Shown: in pieces, positions 1 to 16,039 of the stretch
How positions within the stretch are numbered: position 1 is the stretch's first letter
Layout: every line of letters starts with the position of its first letter
NCBI GenBank assembly: GCA_951406725.2
Contig: OX597816.1
Coordinates: 7,254,001 to 7,318,000, forward strand
From: Octopus vulgaris
Taxonomy: Eukaryota
Length of the DNA: 64,000 nucleotides
Direction of reading: 5' to 3'
Position numbers and translations under genes: made by a program
Notes under the pieces: model-generated
Told to the model about the DNA's origin: nothing
What the model saw: only the letters and a program-made list of their open reading frames with translations
Databases searched by the model: none

Positions 1-65
1 TTTTTACGTCATAGCACGCCCCTTGCCTCTTTCCCCTCTCCCTCTGAGTGCACTGGGCGCGGGCG

Positions 66-70
<5 letters not shown>

Positions 71-118
<48 letters not shown>

Positions 119-238
119 GTATATATACATATACATATATATATATATGTATATTTATTTATTTAAAAAGTCTGAGAAAATGTACACAAAACGCAAGGTA
201 GACCATAAGTATTTATTATACGCAATTGTTACCAGCGT

Positions 239-272
<34 letters not shown>

Positions 273-795
273 AATAAATAGATAGATAAATATATGTATA
301 CACATATATATATAATATAAATATATACATACACGCATATATATATATATAAATACATGCATACACGCACACATGCACATATATATAATAGAAATAACTT
401 GTAAATAACATTTAGATGTCTGGCTTATTTTTTTAATTGTCAGCAAAAAAAAAAGAAATCAGAGATAGAGCGAGAGAAAGAGAGAGAGAAACTTGTAAGA
501 GTTTGTAAATTTTTTGAAAATTAAGAATGATTTGAAGTATGTTTTTAAAGGGGAGACGTAAAAACAAGTGTTTATTCCATTAAGTCGTGGGTTAAGGAAA
601 ACTAATGGGATTCTGGGAGGAAGTTAAAATCTGCTGAAAACATAGATGAAACACTTCACAGTTGTATCACCGAGGCACACCATGACGCACACAAACACAC
701 ACACACATACGCTAACACACGCATACACGCACACACGCGCAAACACACACACTCACACACATGGACGTGTGTGTGTGTTTATGTATATATGTATA

Positions 796-849
<54 letters not shown>

Positions 850-1042
850 CATATACATACATACGCATGTGTTTATATATATATATATGTACGTATGTAT
901 ATGTATATTTATGTATATATATTTATATATAAATATAAAAATAAAAGTATATATATTCGCACATATGCATGTGTGGATATATATATATATATATATATAT
1001 ATGTACGTATCTATGTTCGTACGTATGTATATGTATATTTAC

Positions 1043-1112
<70 letters not shown>

Positions 1113-1679
1113 TATAAATATAAATACACACACACACACATATACATATATACAGAAGTAACCATCTCTACAACAAATCTGTTTGAAAAAATTACGAAGT
1201 ATCTTATGTTATCCTTTTTATAAATTAATTCTACAATATATACGCAATGGTATATAATTCAAACAAGTAGCTATTTTATTTACAAACCACACATAAATAC
1301 ACACATGCATTCCATATATACATATCTATACATACACACGCATACATACATATGCGTATTAGCGTATATACACACACATATATATGAATATATTTATGTA
1401 TGTATACATGTATATAAGTTAAGTTAGGGATAACTATTGAAGAAATTTCAACGATAATCGTGAAATTTTGAGAGCAGAGTCGAATATATAAAATTTGTGT
1501 CGTTTGTGATTTTAAGTTTCGCCTGACGGTTGGCTGAATTGATCGTCTGGCACAACTGAAAATCCTAGACAACGTGGATCTTTTTAGATTCACGGGTACG
1601 CGTGCGCACACAAACACACATGTCTACCTACCTACCTACCTACCTACCTACCTACCTACCTACCTACCTACCTACCTAC

Positions 1680-1680
<1 letters not shown>
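71..1680. repeat. Compound (TA)n/(CA)n/(TACC)n microsatellite tracts
   Basis: Directly visible di- and tetranucleotide runs; the YIYI/THTH ORFs here are artefacts. Confidence 0.95.
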
Positions 1681-1724
<44 letters not shown>

Positions 1725-1754
1725 ACTCTATCTATCTATCTACCTATATTTATA

Positions 1755-1909
1755 GGCGCAGGAGTGGCTGTGTGGTAAGTAGCTTGCTTACCAACCACAT
1801 GGTTCCGGTTTCAGTCCCACTGCATGGCAACTTGGGCAAGTATCTTCTACTATAGCCTCGGGCCGACCAAAGCCTTGAGAGTGGATTTGGTAGACGGAAA
1901 CTCAAAGAA

Positions 1910-1972
<63 letters not shown>

Positions 1973-2180
1973 TGTGTGTCTGTGTTTGTCCCCCTAGCAT
2001 TGCTTGACAACTGATGGTGGTGTGTTTATGTCCCCGTAAATTAGCAGTTCGACAAAAGAGACCGATAGAATAAGTACGGGGCTTACAAAGAATAAGTCCA
2101 GGGGTCGATTTCTCGACTAAAGGCGGTGCTCCAGCATGGCCGCAGTCAAATGCCTGAAATAAATAAAACAGTAAAAGAAT
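1755..2180 (+). mobile_element. tRNA-derived SINE family B (CORE-like middle, internal (TA)n)
   Basis: Head GGCGCAGGAGTGGCTGTGTGGTAAG with B-box-like GGTTTCAGTCCC, CORE-like CTTGGGCAAGT, and tail GGCGGTGCTCCAGCATGGCCGCAGTCAAATG; more than 10 copies or fragments in the window. Confidence 0.85.
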
Positions 2181-2186
2181 ATATAT

Positions 2187-2605
2187 TCTTTTACTTGTTC
2201 AGTCATTTGACTGTGGCCATGCTGGAGCACCGCCTTTACTCGAGCAAATTGCCCCGAGGACTTATTCTTTGTAAGCCTAATACTTATTCAATCGGTGTCT
2301 TTTGACGAACCGCTAAGTTACGGGATCAGCGACGAGCATCGGCAACCTACCCGACCCGTTTTGAAACCAGCATCGGTTGTCAAGCGATGGGGGTACAAAC
2401 ATATACACACACGTACATATATATATACACACATACATATATACGACGGGCTTCTTTCAGTTTCCGTCTACCAAATCCAGTCACAAGTCTTCGGTCGGCC
2501 CGAGGCTATAGCAGAAGACACTTGCCCAAGGTGCCACGCAGTGGGACTGAACCCGGAACCCATGTGGTTGTTAAGCAAGCTACTTACCACACAGCCACTC
2601 CTACA
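2187..2605 (-). mobile_element. SINE family B, inverted copy tail-to-tail with 1755-2180
   Basis: Reverse complement of the same head, body and tail. Confidence 0.85.
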
Positions 2606-2664
2606 CCTGTATTTCAATGTATGTGCGTGTCAGTCTGTCTGCATGTATGTATGTATATATGTAT

Positions 2665-2704
<40 letters not shown>

Positions 2705-2719
2705 ATGTATGTATATATG

Positions 2720-2769
<50 letters not shown>

Positions 2770-2974
2770 GTATGTATATATGTATGTATGTATATATGTA
2801 TGTATGTATATATGTATGTATGTATATATTTATGTATGTATGTGTGTGTGTGTGTGTATGTATGTGTGTATGTGTGTATGTGTGTATGCGTGCTTTATTA
2901 TCCGCAGTGCGAACTAAAGTTATGGAGTGACTTTAGTCACAGATAAACATTGAATATAAACAATAAAGCATATC

Positions 2975-3051
<77 letters not shown>

Positions 3052-3422
3052 TTTGGTACTATTATTGACCCCATTTCGGGATCAATGAAATAGTAAGTAC
3101 CAGCAGAATCATTTGTATGCCGGGCAAAATGCAGTCGACTTGCCTCCCTCTCCCGAACTTGCTGGCCTCGTGCCAAAATTTTAAACCATCATCATCATCG
3201 TCCTCATCATCATCATCATCACCGTCATCGTCGTCGTCGACACCACCACCACCACGATGGCGAACTGGCAGAATCGCTAGCACCCCGTAGTTTCGCAGTA
3301 TTTCTACCCTTTGATCCTTTCGAGGTCGATAAAATAAGTACCAGTCGATGTTTTCACCTTGAAACTATCATCATCATCATCATCATCATTATCCTCCTCC
3401 TCCTCCTCATCCTCCTCCTCCA

Positions 3423-4015
<593 letters not shown>

Positions 4016-4016
<1 letters not shown>

Positions 4017-4180
4017 TATGTTTGACTTTTGCTTTATGTCTGTACAAGTTGGCTCCAAGTCTCACCCAGAGACCTCAAGAGACAACAGGTTGGAAGTTCA
4101 CGTTGTTGTTATGCCTAGTGTGCCATATATTTGGGGTTTTTTTTGGTGTTGTACTAGTGAATGTCTAATACATAAATTTT
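4016..4180 (-). mobile_element. 3' UTR fragment of an R4/Dong-like element
   Basis: Reverse complement GTCTCTGGGTGAGACTTGG...GTACAGACATAAAGCAAAAGTCAAACATA matches the 3' end at 10160-10218; embedded in (ATT)n. Confidence 0.65.
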
Positions 4181-4197
4181 ATTATTATTATTATTAC

Positions 4198-4273
<76 letters not shown>

Positions 4274-4284
4274 ATTGTTATTAT

Positions 4285-4476
4285 AAGGCGGCGAGCTGGC
4301 AGAATCGTTAACGCGCAGGACGAAATACATAGCGGTATTTCGCCCGTCGCTGCGTTTTGAGTTCAAATTCCACCGAGGTCGACTTTGCCTTTCATCCTTT
4401 AGAGGTCGATAAATTAAGTACCAGTGAAATACTGGGGTCGATGTAATCGACTAGTCCCTTCTCCACAAATTCATTA

Positions 4477-4544
<68 letters not shown>

Positions 4545-4768
4545 GGGCGTCGAGTCTGGCAGAATCATTCGTACGCCGGGCAAAATGCTTAGCGGTATTT
4601 CGTATGTCTTTACGTTCTGAGTTCAAATTCTGCTGGGGTCGATTTCCCCTTTCATCCTTTAAGGGTCGATAAAGCAAGTACCAGACGAGCACTGGGGTCA
4701 ATATAATCGACTTAACCCCTCCACCAAAGAAAAAGAAAAATTGCTGGTCTTGTGCCAAAATTTGAAAT
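4285..4768 (+). mobile_element. Two SINE family A copies (4285-4470, 4544-4768)
   Basis: Family head AGGCGGCGAGCTGGCAGAATCGTT, B-box GAGTTCAAATTC, and central GGTCGACTTTGCCTTTCATCCTTT..GGTCGATAAA..AGTACCAG resembling a Meta/MESC-type domain. Confidence 0.8.
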
Positions 4769-4792
4769 CATCATCATCATCATGATCATCAC

Positions 4793-4849
<57 letters not shown>

Positions 4850-4981
4850 GTTTTTATAGTGTTACTAATATTACAATAACCCTTTTCGGGACCAATAAAA
4901 TAAGTACTGGTCTTGTGCTAAAATTTGAAAGAATTATTATTATCATTATTATTTAATATTATTATTATTATTATTATTATT

Positions 4982-5039
<58 letters not shown>

Positions 5040-5399
5040 CTTCTACTACAATTACTAAATTTTCTTCATCATCTTTATAAATACGATAATTTGAATATGT
5101 CGATTAGAATAACAACCAAACCCCCCCACGTATGCCCTTCGAAAATACCAAGAACAACAACAAGAAAAATAGCAAAAGTAAAAACGAAACATAAACGGCA
5201 TGAAAAAACACAAGCAAGATAGCAATAAGCAACATCAAGAAGATACGGTTCCTACCTTGGGTACAGAACTGGGTGGAAAAGTCGGTTAATTAATTTTTTA
5301 AAATATATTTGTCCTACCGTCGATCGATTTTTGACAAGGTTGTATATAGGTTCCGTCAGTAGAATTTAGTTGAGGTAGTTTACGGCGTGAATTGGCATG

Positions 5400-5450
5400 A
5401 AAATGGTGGTGGTGGTGGTGGTGGTGGTGATGGTGTCGATAATAATAATA

Positions 5451-5481
<31 letters not shown>

Positions 5482-6179
5482 CGATGATGATGATGATGAT
5501 GATGATGATGACGATGACGACGATGATGATGATGATGATAGCAGCTATAGTACTACAAGTTGTAGCAGTAGTAAAGAAGAACAAAACCAATACGTTGTGT
5601 ATGGGGGTAGGGGTGGAGGGTGGGAGAGGAGGAGAAGAAAAAGAAGAAGAAGAAGAAGAAGAAGAGGTGGAAAAAGAAGAAGAAGAGGTGGAAGAAGAAG
5701 AAGAAGAAGAAGAAGAAGAAGAAGAAGAAGAAGAAGAAGAAGAAGAAGAAGAAGAAGAAGAAGAAGAAGAAGAAGAAGAAGAAGAAGAAGAAGAAGAAGA
5801 AGAAGAAGGTTGGCTGAACCAAAAAAAGAGATGAAGAGGGGGCGGAAAGAGAGAAAAGGATGGAAAAGGAGAGTCTGGAGAGTAGAGTAAAACGAGTGTG
5901 GAGAGTAAGGCGAATGGAAGAATGAGAGAAAGGAGAAAGGAAGATTTGGCAGAGAAAGATGAAAAGAAGAAAAGAAGAAATAGGCGAAGGTGTTTCTGTG
6001 AGCAGTGAGTGCTATTGTTGGCCAAGGTGGGAAATGGTTGTACGACGATGATGGTGATGATGATGTTGACGACGATGATGATGATGATGGTGGTGGTGGT
6101 GGTGGTGGTGGCGTTGGTGGTGCTGGTTTTGATGAATGATGGTGATGATGATGATAATGATAATGGTAGTGGTGATGGC

Positions 6180-6230
<51 letters not shown>

Positions 6231-6347
6231 AATGGTGGTGGTGGTGATGGTGATGGTGATGGTGGTAGTGGTAGCGTTGGTGGTGCTGGTTTTGATGAAT
6301 GATGGTGATGATGATGATGATGATGATGGTGGTGACAATGATGATGA

Positions 6348-6386
<39 letters not shown>

Positions 6387-6616
6387 TGGTGGTGGTGGTG
6401 GTGGTTTTGATGAATGATAATGATGATGATGATGATGATAATGATGATGATGATGATAATAATAATGGTAGTGGTGATGGCGATGATGATGTTGATGGTG
6501 GTGGTGGTGGTGGCGGTGATGATGATGACGTTGCTATTGTGATGACGGTGATGCTGACAGTGATAATAATGATGGCGTCGATGACAACGGTGATGATGAT
6601 GATGATGATGATGATA

Positions 6617-6671
<55 letters not shown>

Positions 6672-6965
6672 GGATGACGACGACGACGACGACGACGACG
6701 ATGATGATGATGATGATGGTGATGATAACGGAGTTGATGCTGGCCGTGATGATGTCGACGATATTGACGGTGGTGATGACGATGATAACACCATTGATGG
6801 CGATGACGATTGTGATGATGGCATCGACGAAGATGCTGATGTCATGGACATGTTGGTCATGCTGAGTATGACGACAGTGATGATGATAACGACGACGACG
6901 ATGGCGATGATGATGATGATGATGTCGACGACGACGACTAGGACATGATGATGATGATGATGATG
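5400..6965. repeat. Compound (GAT)n/(GGT)n/(GAA)n array with higher-order internal duplications
   Basis: GCGTTGGTGGTGCTGGTTTTGATGAATGATGGTGATG recurs at ~6111 and ~6273, with a variant at ~6403. Confidence 0.95.
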
Positions 6966-7209
6966 CTAAACGCTGCAGTGACGAGCGTTTACCATAGTAA
7001 CAGCTGATCAATAGATATTAGAAAGATGCCAGCAAAAGATGAGTTGGATTCGACTTGGTTAAATGTAATGGTTTGGCCTCTACACATGACACATTACACA
7101 CCTTTAGCATTCCTTTCTTCCTTCCTCCCTTCTTTCCTTCATTCCTTTAATCTTTCATTCCTTTAATCCTTCATTCCTTCATTCATTCATTACACGTTCA
7201 TATATCTAC

Positions 7210-7655
7210 ACATTCACTCGTTTATTCAATCACTCACTTACTCACTCATTCAATCAATCACTCATTCACTCACTCATTCACTTACTCATTCACTCACTCA
7301 CCCACTCACTCACTCACTCACTCACTCTCTCACTCACTCACCCACTCACTCACTCATTCACTCACTCACCCACTCACTCACTCACTTACTCACCCACTCA
7401 CTCACTCATTCACTCACTCACCCACCCACTCACTCACTCACTCACTCACCCACTCATTCACTCACTCACTCACTCACCCACCCACTCACTCACCCACTCA
7501 CTCACTCATTCACTCACTCACCCACTCACTCACTCACTCACTCACCCACTCATTCACTCACTCACTCACCCACCCACTCACTCACTCACTCACTCACTCA
7601 CTCACTCACCCACCCACTCACTCACCCACCCACCCACTCACTCACTCACTCACCC
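7210..7655. repeat. (CACT/CACC)n tetranucleotide array
   Basis: Directly visible. Confidence 0.95.
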
Positions 7656-7851
7656 TGTGATACAGCTTTTCATTCATTAATTTCCAACAACATCGGTTTC
7701 CTGTTTAGTTCTCCATGGCCGACGGATTTCTAGTTTCCTTGTTTTGCCGGAGGGCGGGAAACGAGTTTCACGACAACAACTCCAGCATCATCAAATATGT
7801 TTAACAACTAAAGTACAAGCATCAACAACAACGAGTACAGCAAAAACAGCA

Positions 7852-7915
<64 letters not shown>

Positions 7916-7920
7916 TAATA

Positions 7921-8158
7921 GGTATGATAAAAAGATGTATGTCAGAAGCATCTAGACAGCATCCCAGGAGAACCATGTCTCAGAGAAATTTTTTAAACTG
8001 TGCTGAAAAGCATTGCCCACATTCTTAGAAAAGTCCTATCAATTTAAATGTATGTGTTATGTTACATGAAGATATTTCACTACTGCACTTGACACCTCAC
8101 CCCAAGCTTTCAGTCATGCTGTGATATCTCTTATCCTTCACTCGCCCAGATTAAAAGT
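7921..8158 (+). mobile_element. R4/Dong-like 3' fragment
   Basis: Degenerate GMIKR...DSIPGEPCLREI..TVLKSIAHILRKVLSI* plus short UTR, between (AAT)n tracts. Confidence 0.6.
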
Positions 8159-8159
8159 A

Positions 8160-9685
<1,526 letters not shown>

Positions 9686-9692
9686 AAAATAA

Positions 9693-10218
9693 TTCGAAGT
9701 TTCAGTTTTTAGACTGATCAGGAAATATACGTTAACCGACGTGGCCGCATTGGGAAAGATCATATTGAAAAGACTCTTGTCTTCTGATTGATGTTGCAGC
9801 CCCAACTGATATAAACATACCTGTGAAAATGTTTGCAAAACTGAGCAAATATAAGGAGCTGCTTTAGACTGAAATCGGAAGAATGTGGCATCTCAAGAGA
9901 TTATCTATTATTATTGGGGCATTTGGAATGATAGCAAGGAGAGTAAACAAGTATGTAGATCAAATTCCTGGTAGCCCCCAAATAAGCGAATTACAAAAGA
10001 TCATACTTATGGGTGCCTCACGTATTCTTCGTAAATTCCTCGACATGTAAATGCAGCCTTACTTACTATGTAAGGTCTTTTCTCTACCAGGCAGATCAGG
10101 GTTTTCAGTTGCATGACACATCACCAGTTAGCGTCTTCAGATGTGAAGCCTTGTCTTTTGACGTCTCTGGTTGAGACTTGGGGAAAACCTCGTACAAATT
10201 AAAGCAAAACCAAAACAT
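9693..10218 (+). mobile_element. R4/Dong-like 3' fragment (RLE domain)
   Basis: LLIDVAAPTDINIPVKMFAKLSKYKEL..EIGRMWHLKRLSIIIGAFGMI...ELQKIILMGASRILRKFL; ends at AAT/AGT repeats. Confidence 0.8.
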
Positions 10219-10223
10219 AATAA

Positions 10224-10263
<40 letters not shown>

Positions 10264-10264
<1 letters not shown>

Positions 10265-10781
10265 AGTATGGACTTGACAGAGCAAAAAATTAGTACGATC
10301 ACAAACCTGAAGGCATCGTCGAAAACAGAAATGCAAAGATCCTATGGGATTTTGTGATTTAATGCGACCATGAGATAGAGAATAGGAAGTCGGACAAAGT
10401 CTTAATTGAGAAAGAAAACAAACTATGCTGGATCATAGATATAGCAAGCCCTGCTGACAACAAGGTGTGTGATAAGGAAGAAAGAAAAGTCGAGAGATAT
10501 GACAGGTTAGCTTGGGAAGTTAAGCAGTTGTGGTCGATGAGAAAGGTAGCTGTAGTACCAATAATTGTCGGAGCCCTGGGAACAGTGAGCAAAAATCTTG
10601 AGAAGTACGTGGAACAAATAGGGGCTACAATAAGGGTGGAGCACTTGTAGAAAACAGCACTAGTTGGAACTGCTCGAATACTCCGGAAGGTGCTCGAAAA
10701 ATAAGAGGTGTTACCTTAGTTCACTGGTAATGAACAGCTGACACTGTAGTACATCTCCATAGTTAGAAGCTGTGCGAAGGC
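10264..10781 (+). mobile_element. R4/Dong-like 3' fragment (RLE domain)
   Basis: YDHKPEGIVENRNAKILWDF..CDHEIENRKSD...IIDIASPADNKVCDKEERKVERYDRLAWEVKQLWSMRKVAVVPIIVGALGTV...GTARILRKVL with in-frame stops; followed by (AAT)n. Confidence 0.85.
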
Positions 10782-11614
10782 AATAATAATAATAATGATA
10801 GTTCACCGACTAGAGAAAACTATGTAAGCCACTTTTTAAAACCGTAAGCTGTTTTTCTTTGAACGCTCGTCAAAATATTACCCAGGACTTTAATATTTGG
10901 CTGGCTATCATTTGTAATCAATGGAGTGGAAGATATTTGAATATGCTTGTGGAAATAACTGTAAAAGAATTGAAGCCAAATCATCGATGCTGAGAATGTA
11001 TTGTGATTTTGTTTTGTGAATGTATAATTCTATTCAATTCTAAGCTTCTTTGTATTTGTATTGTTAATCGACCAACACTCCATTGCGTCTGTTAGTAACT
11101 TTTCTTGAGATGAAAGAGATTCATTTTTTTTTTACTTTAAGTGTGGTATGGCGAACCACTAAGAAACATTTACAGATTTTATTTAATTTCTTTCAAGTTA
11201 ATTTACCATATTTTTTAAATACCCAGTATTCCGATTACTTCCCCTAATTAGCATTCTTATGAAACATAAAAATATCGATATCATGTCAGGCGATAGACAA
11301 ACAATGGCGTCATTATTATCGCCGATTAAAACAATAATTTTAATGTTTGCCGATAACATCGATTAATCGATGTTTACAATCAATAAAAACTTATAAATGC
11401 TACAATTTTATTTCCTTTTCAAGAATTTTTCTTTTATAACTGTGTAAATCTAAGGTAATAGTTGGTGTCGATGCTGGTCGTTAGAGAAATCATAAAGAAG
11501 TGTTTGCTAGTTACCTGTTCAAATATTTAGTCGACCGTATTTGGTTATAATATTTTAGTGTAGCATTTGTAGATTGCCTAATTATTAGTCTTTTATACTA
11601 ATAGGATAGTAGCT

Positions 11615-11940
11615 GATCATCATCATTGTTCGACCGTGATCGAGACAATGGAATTTACTGTGTTACGCCAGACCTCACGGTCCATCATAGCATTACGGAG
11701 GTCCTGTTGCTGGATGCCTGTATCCCTGGAGATTACAGCACCCTCTGGTATCGCGAGCAGATGGCTTCCAGAGGAGAAGAGTAGAAATTACCTCGTTTTC
11801 AGCTCTACCTTTGACATGAGATGATACAGGTGGTAATTTCCCATATATTTGTACTTTGGTTGGATGACGCTTCCACGAGAGATTTTGAGCTCTCATAAGG
11901 AGGCGAGTGTAAGTTGCTGATAGGAAGTACTTCAGTTGAC
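11615..11940 (-). mobile_element. RTE-clade LINE 3' fragment
   Basis: YTRLLMRAQNLSWKRHPTKVQIYGKLP...LLLWKP...RDTGIQQQDLRNAMMDREVWR followed by a (GAT)n tail. Confidence 0.75.
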
Positions 11941-12814
11941 AAACAGTTGGTAAAAAAGAAAAGAAACTTAAAGGCGGTGCTCCAGCATGGCCGCAGTCAA
12001 ATGACCGAAACAAGTAAAAGAGAGTAAAAGAGTAAACAAATTCAGACTTTTGTGCTACACAGAAAAAAATGAAAATTTCTCATCAAACGAAACGGCAACA
12101 AAAGTAACAAATTTGTTGTCATTTTTCACTGCGAAAAAGTAATTCTGAACATGGTCAACGCTGAGAGAAAAAAAAAGGCAAAACAAAAAAAAAAAAAAAA
12201 GCAACAAAACAAAAACAATTGTTGAGTGGGTGTATGACGACACTCTCATCTTCCTCGTTTGACGATTTTGAAGAAAGAAATAGAGAAAAGTTACGTAGTT
12301 TTACCTCTCAAAATGCGGAAGGATTCTCTGTATGATCCCCCAAAGGGCAGTTTGAAGGAAGCCTTGACTGATATATGGAATATTATGGATCCCAATGATT
12401 GCGGAAGGGCGTATGGAAGTATATGAATACCTGAATGTAGCCGGGTGAGAATGTCTGCGTGGACATGTCAACCTTTGTGACTTCCAAAGACTGCAGTCAT
12501 TCTACTGGGATGTTTTGTTGCGAGGGTGGGAAGAAAAACCAATAGATTGATTGTAGAAACCTGTTCTGCTGTAAATATGAATTATGAAAGATCAATAGAC
12601 AATAGCAGAACCAGCGACAATAATAAGGACCAGAAACTGCTTTTCTTTTTCCCACAAAACCACCTGCTGAAGCTTTGAGGACGAACGAAAAATTCGTCGC
12701 GTTTATAGTACCGGCAATTGACGATAAGGTGGCCGATAATAGGAGACAGAAGGCTCCGTCCAGTTGCATCACTTCATCGTTTGCTATGATATCGATCGAG
12801 GGGACAGGCTCAAC

Positions 12815-12969
12815 TGGTTTAAGGTCAAACAACTGAGGAGCAAATCAACAGTACAGAGCAGAATATTTGTTGTGGCCAATCTTTTACACCGAGACGCAAC
12901 ATGTACGTGATAACACTTCCAATCAGTTAAGATGAGAAGACATGAGAGCCACTGCCTGCCACTGCATCA
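12815..12969 (-). mobile_element. Diverged head fragment of the 8321-9685 element
   Basis: GATAACACTTCCAATCAGTTAAGAT..CATGAGAGCCACTGCCTG is the reverse complement of the element head. Confidence 0.7.
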
Positions 12970-13052
12970 TCATCACCACCACCACCACCACCACCACCAC
13001 CACCACCAGCAGAAAGGATTATTATTATCATTATTATTATCATTATTATTAT

Positions 13053-13605
13053 TGCTTTACTTCTCAGAACGTTCGGTCTTGTTTGTTCTAGTAGATTCTT
13101 TGAGAGCGGACAGCAGCCTACTGTCAAATGACTCACAGGGTCTCTTTCCGCACATCATAAGCTTCGATACTTGGTTTTTAATTATCGTGGGACACATTCA
13201 ACTTCCAAGTACCAATCTGAAAATTCCAACTCTCCCCAACAGAGCAGTTCTTTGCCCTTGCTCTGCTCTCATGTCAATTCCTATTTGTTTGATATATTTC
13301 TCGGACTTGGTTGTTAGTGCTCCGAGTGTCCCCTACAACTACTGGAATGACAGACACTTTCCTCATAGTCGACATTCTTGCAATTTCGTCTTTTAGTAGT
13401 CCGTACTTTTCAATCTTTTCTAGTTCTTATGCTTCTTGTGGGTGCATCCTCAGGTATTGCAATATCTATCATCTTGGTTTCCTTTTTTCCTTTACCACAA
13501 CAATGACTGGTCTCCGAGCCTCGATTAGGGAGTCACATTGGATTGTAAAATCCCACAGAATCTTATGGTCCTTGTTCTCGGTGACTCCTTCTGGAATTTT
13601 TCACT
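13053..13605 (-). mobile_element. R4/Dong-like 3' fragment (RLE domain)
   Basis: PEGVTENKDHKILWDFTIQCDSLIEARRPVIVV...IDIAIP..EKIEKYGLLKDEIARM..RKVSVIPVVVGTLG; ends in (AAT)n. Confidence 0.8.
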
Positions 13606-14537
13606 GTACTCGTTGCCAACACTCACCTTACTAACAGTGTCCCTGTACGTGGCTTGCACAGCTCTCACTAATCATTCATCTATCCCTAGTTTCCTCATTG
13701 ACCACCAGATAAGGGATCGGGGGACCCTGTCAAAGGCTTTCTCCATGTCAACGAAAGCCAGATACAGACGTTTATCTTTGTCTAGGTATTTCTCCTGTTA
13801 GTGGTGCTTTTCCCTGGCACGAACCCAAACTGCATCTCATCTAAACTGACTCTCTCCCTAATTGGGCTATGACCCTCTCCATGACCTTCATTACCTGATC
13901 CAACAACTTGATACCGCTGTAATTATTTGTATCTAGGGCGTCACCTTTACCTTTGTAGCAGTTGACTATTATGCTGCTACACCAGTCATTGGGAATGACT
14001 CCTTCGTGTATCACCTGATTAACTTTACGGTGACTAGGCTATAGCCGACACCGCCAGATATTTTGAGCATCTCTGCAGTGATTCCTGAAAGGCCGAGGGC
14101 TTTCCCTGTCTTCATACTCTTAATTGTTTTATCTACCAAGGTACTGTCAATTCGGATAGCTGGTCCCTCTGTTGGGTCGACATTTGGCAGACTCTCTTTC
14201 TCCCATTCATTCCCTTTATTGAGCAACCTTTCGTAGTGGCGTCTCCAAACCTCTCCCTTTGCAGCCTCGTTTAGTGCAAGTGAGCCATTCTCCATGCAGA
14301 CACATTTCTCTCCTACCACATCACGATTCTCTCTCACACACTGTCTTGCAACACGAAATACCTCAAGTCTTTGGTCCTCACGGCGCAGAACATTGGCAAA
14401 TTCTTTCTTATCTGCTTCCCCTCTGGCTAAATAAATCTGTCTCTTAGCTTCCCTTCTGGCAGTCTGATACAATTCCCTGCTACCACCGTTCTTCCAGTCC
14501 TTCCAAGCCTGTTTCATTTCTCTAATAGCCCTGTCAA

Positions 14538-14538
<1 letters not shown>
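13606..14538 (-). mobile_element. RTE-clade LINE internal fragment (start of RT domain), frameshifted
   Basis: WRRHYERLLN...MKTGKALGLSGITAEMLK...IPNDW..IIVNCYKGKGDALDTNNYSGIKLL...QFGFVPGKSTT...LYLAFVDMEKAFDRVPR. Confidence 0.9.
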
Positions 14539-14571
<33 letters not shown>

Positions 14572-14575
<4 letters not shown>

Positions 14576-14782
14576 AATGTGACCGCGTGTGTACCGTTGG
14601 CGATTTTTTTCATGTGTCTTCCCTTCTCTGGATCTTTCCTTCTCCTATGTTTCCGACGAAGAGCTCCGCTCAGAACGTTAAACCCTCCTTCTTTCCTTTT
14701 TTCCTGAGAGTCCAATACTACTATATTTGTTCCACGTCCTCGCGTTGTTGTGTTTTCTCTTTGTGTTTTCATGTTTGGATTA

Positions 14783-14787
<5 letters not shown>
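14572..14787 (+). mobile_element. ~215-bp PLE pLTR-like non-coding element in (TA)n with damaged hammerhead motif
   Basis: (TA)n on both sides; GTTT-CCGACGA-A-GAGCtccGCTC-AGAA-CGTT-AAAC at 14649-14683; homologous copy at 39135-39360 (-). Confidence 0.65.
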
Positions 14788-14834
<47 letters not shown>

Positions 14835-14866
14835 GTATAAGATTAATGTATGATGTATGTATAATA

Positions 14867-14912
<46 letters not shown>

Positions 14913-14923
14913 GTATGTATGCT

Positions 14924-14972
<49 letters not shown>

Positions 14973-15327
14973 GTATGTATGTGTTATGTATGTATGTATG
15001 TATGTATGCATGTATGTATGTATGTGTACGTGTGTGTGTATGTGTGTGTGTACATTTATATGTATGTATGTACGTGTGTGTCATTGTGCCTGTGTTTGAC
15101 CTTACAACCGTGAGCCACTACATATCCCTAGCCACTTCTCCTGTTCCAGCTTTAGTTCATTCATCTACTCTGGTTACAGCTTGGGTGTTTCTATTAATTC
15201 GATTTTATAATTATTCAATTGAGGTGGATTATTTTTGTTATTTTATAGTATTTCTTTCAATTATAACTATTTTCGTATCAGGAGTTTGTACTATTTATGA
15301 ATATTGCTTTATCACCTTTTAGACAGT

Positions 15328-15552
15328 TACTCTTTTACTCTTTTACTTGTTTCAGTCATTTGACTGCGGCCATGCTGGAGCACCGCCTTTAGTCGAGCAA
15401 ATTGACCCCGGGACTTATTCTTTGTAAGCCCAGTACTTATTCTATCGGTCTCTTTTTGCCGAACCGCTAAGTTACGGGGGACGTAAACACACCAGCATCG
15501 GTTGTCAAGCGATGTTGGGGGGACAAACACAGACACACACATACATACATAC

Positions 15553-15629
<77 letters not shown>

Positions 15630-15788
15630 CGACAGGCTTCTTTCAGTTTCCGTCTACCAAATCCACTCACAAGGCTTTGGTTGGTGTGAGGCTATAGTAG
15701 AAGACACTTGCCCAAGATGCCACGCAGTGGGACTGAACCCGGAACCATGTGGTTGGTTAGCTAGCTACTTACCACACAGCCACGCCTG
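15328..15788 (-). mobile_element. SINE family B
   Basis: Near-full reverse-complement copy with internal (TA)n. Confidence 0.85.
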
Positions 15789-16039
15789 CTGTTGGGTGTA
15801 ATAACAATGCTGTTGGGTGTAAGAACAATGTTTTTAGGAATAAAAATACCTTTATTAGCTTTATTTCATTTATTTCGCGCTCCTTCGCGCTTTATTTTAT
15901 TTGTTTATCTTTCATTTAGATATCTCTATATCCATATTCATTTAATTATTTTGCGTAATTAAGAAATACGAACCTGTCTTAACATATTGTGACAAAATAA
16001 AAATGGAAGAAGTTTTGTTACTCTTTATCATCGTCATCT

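Noticed and set aside
12100-12600. Possible piggyBac transposase ghost (PRFDD, PGENVCVD)
   Set aside because: Too degenerate to support without a search.
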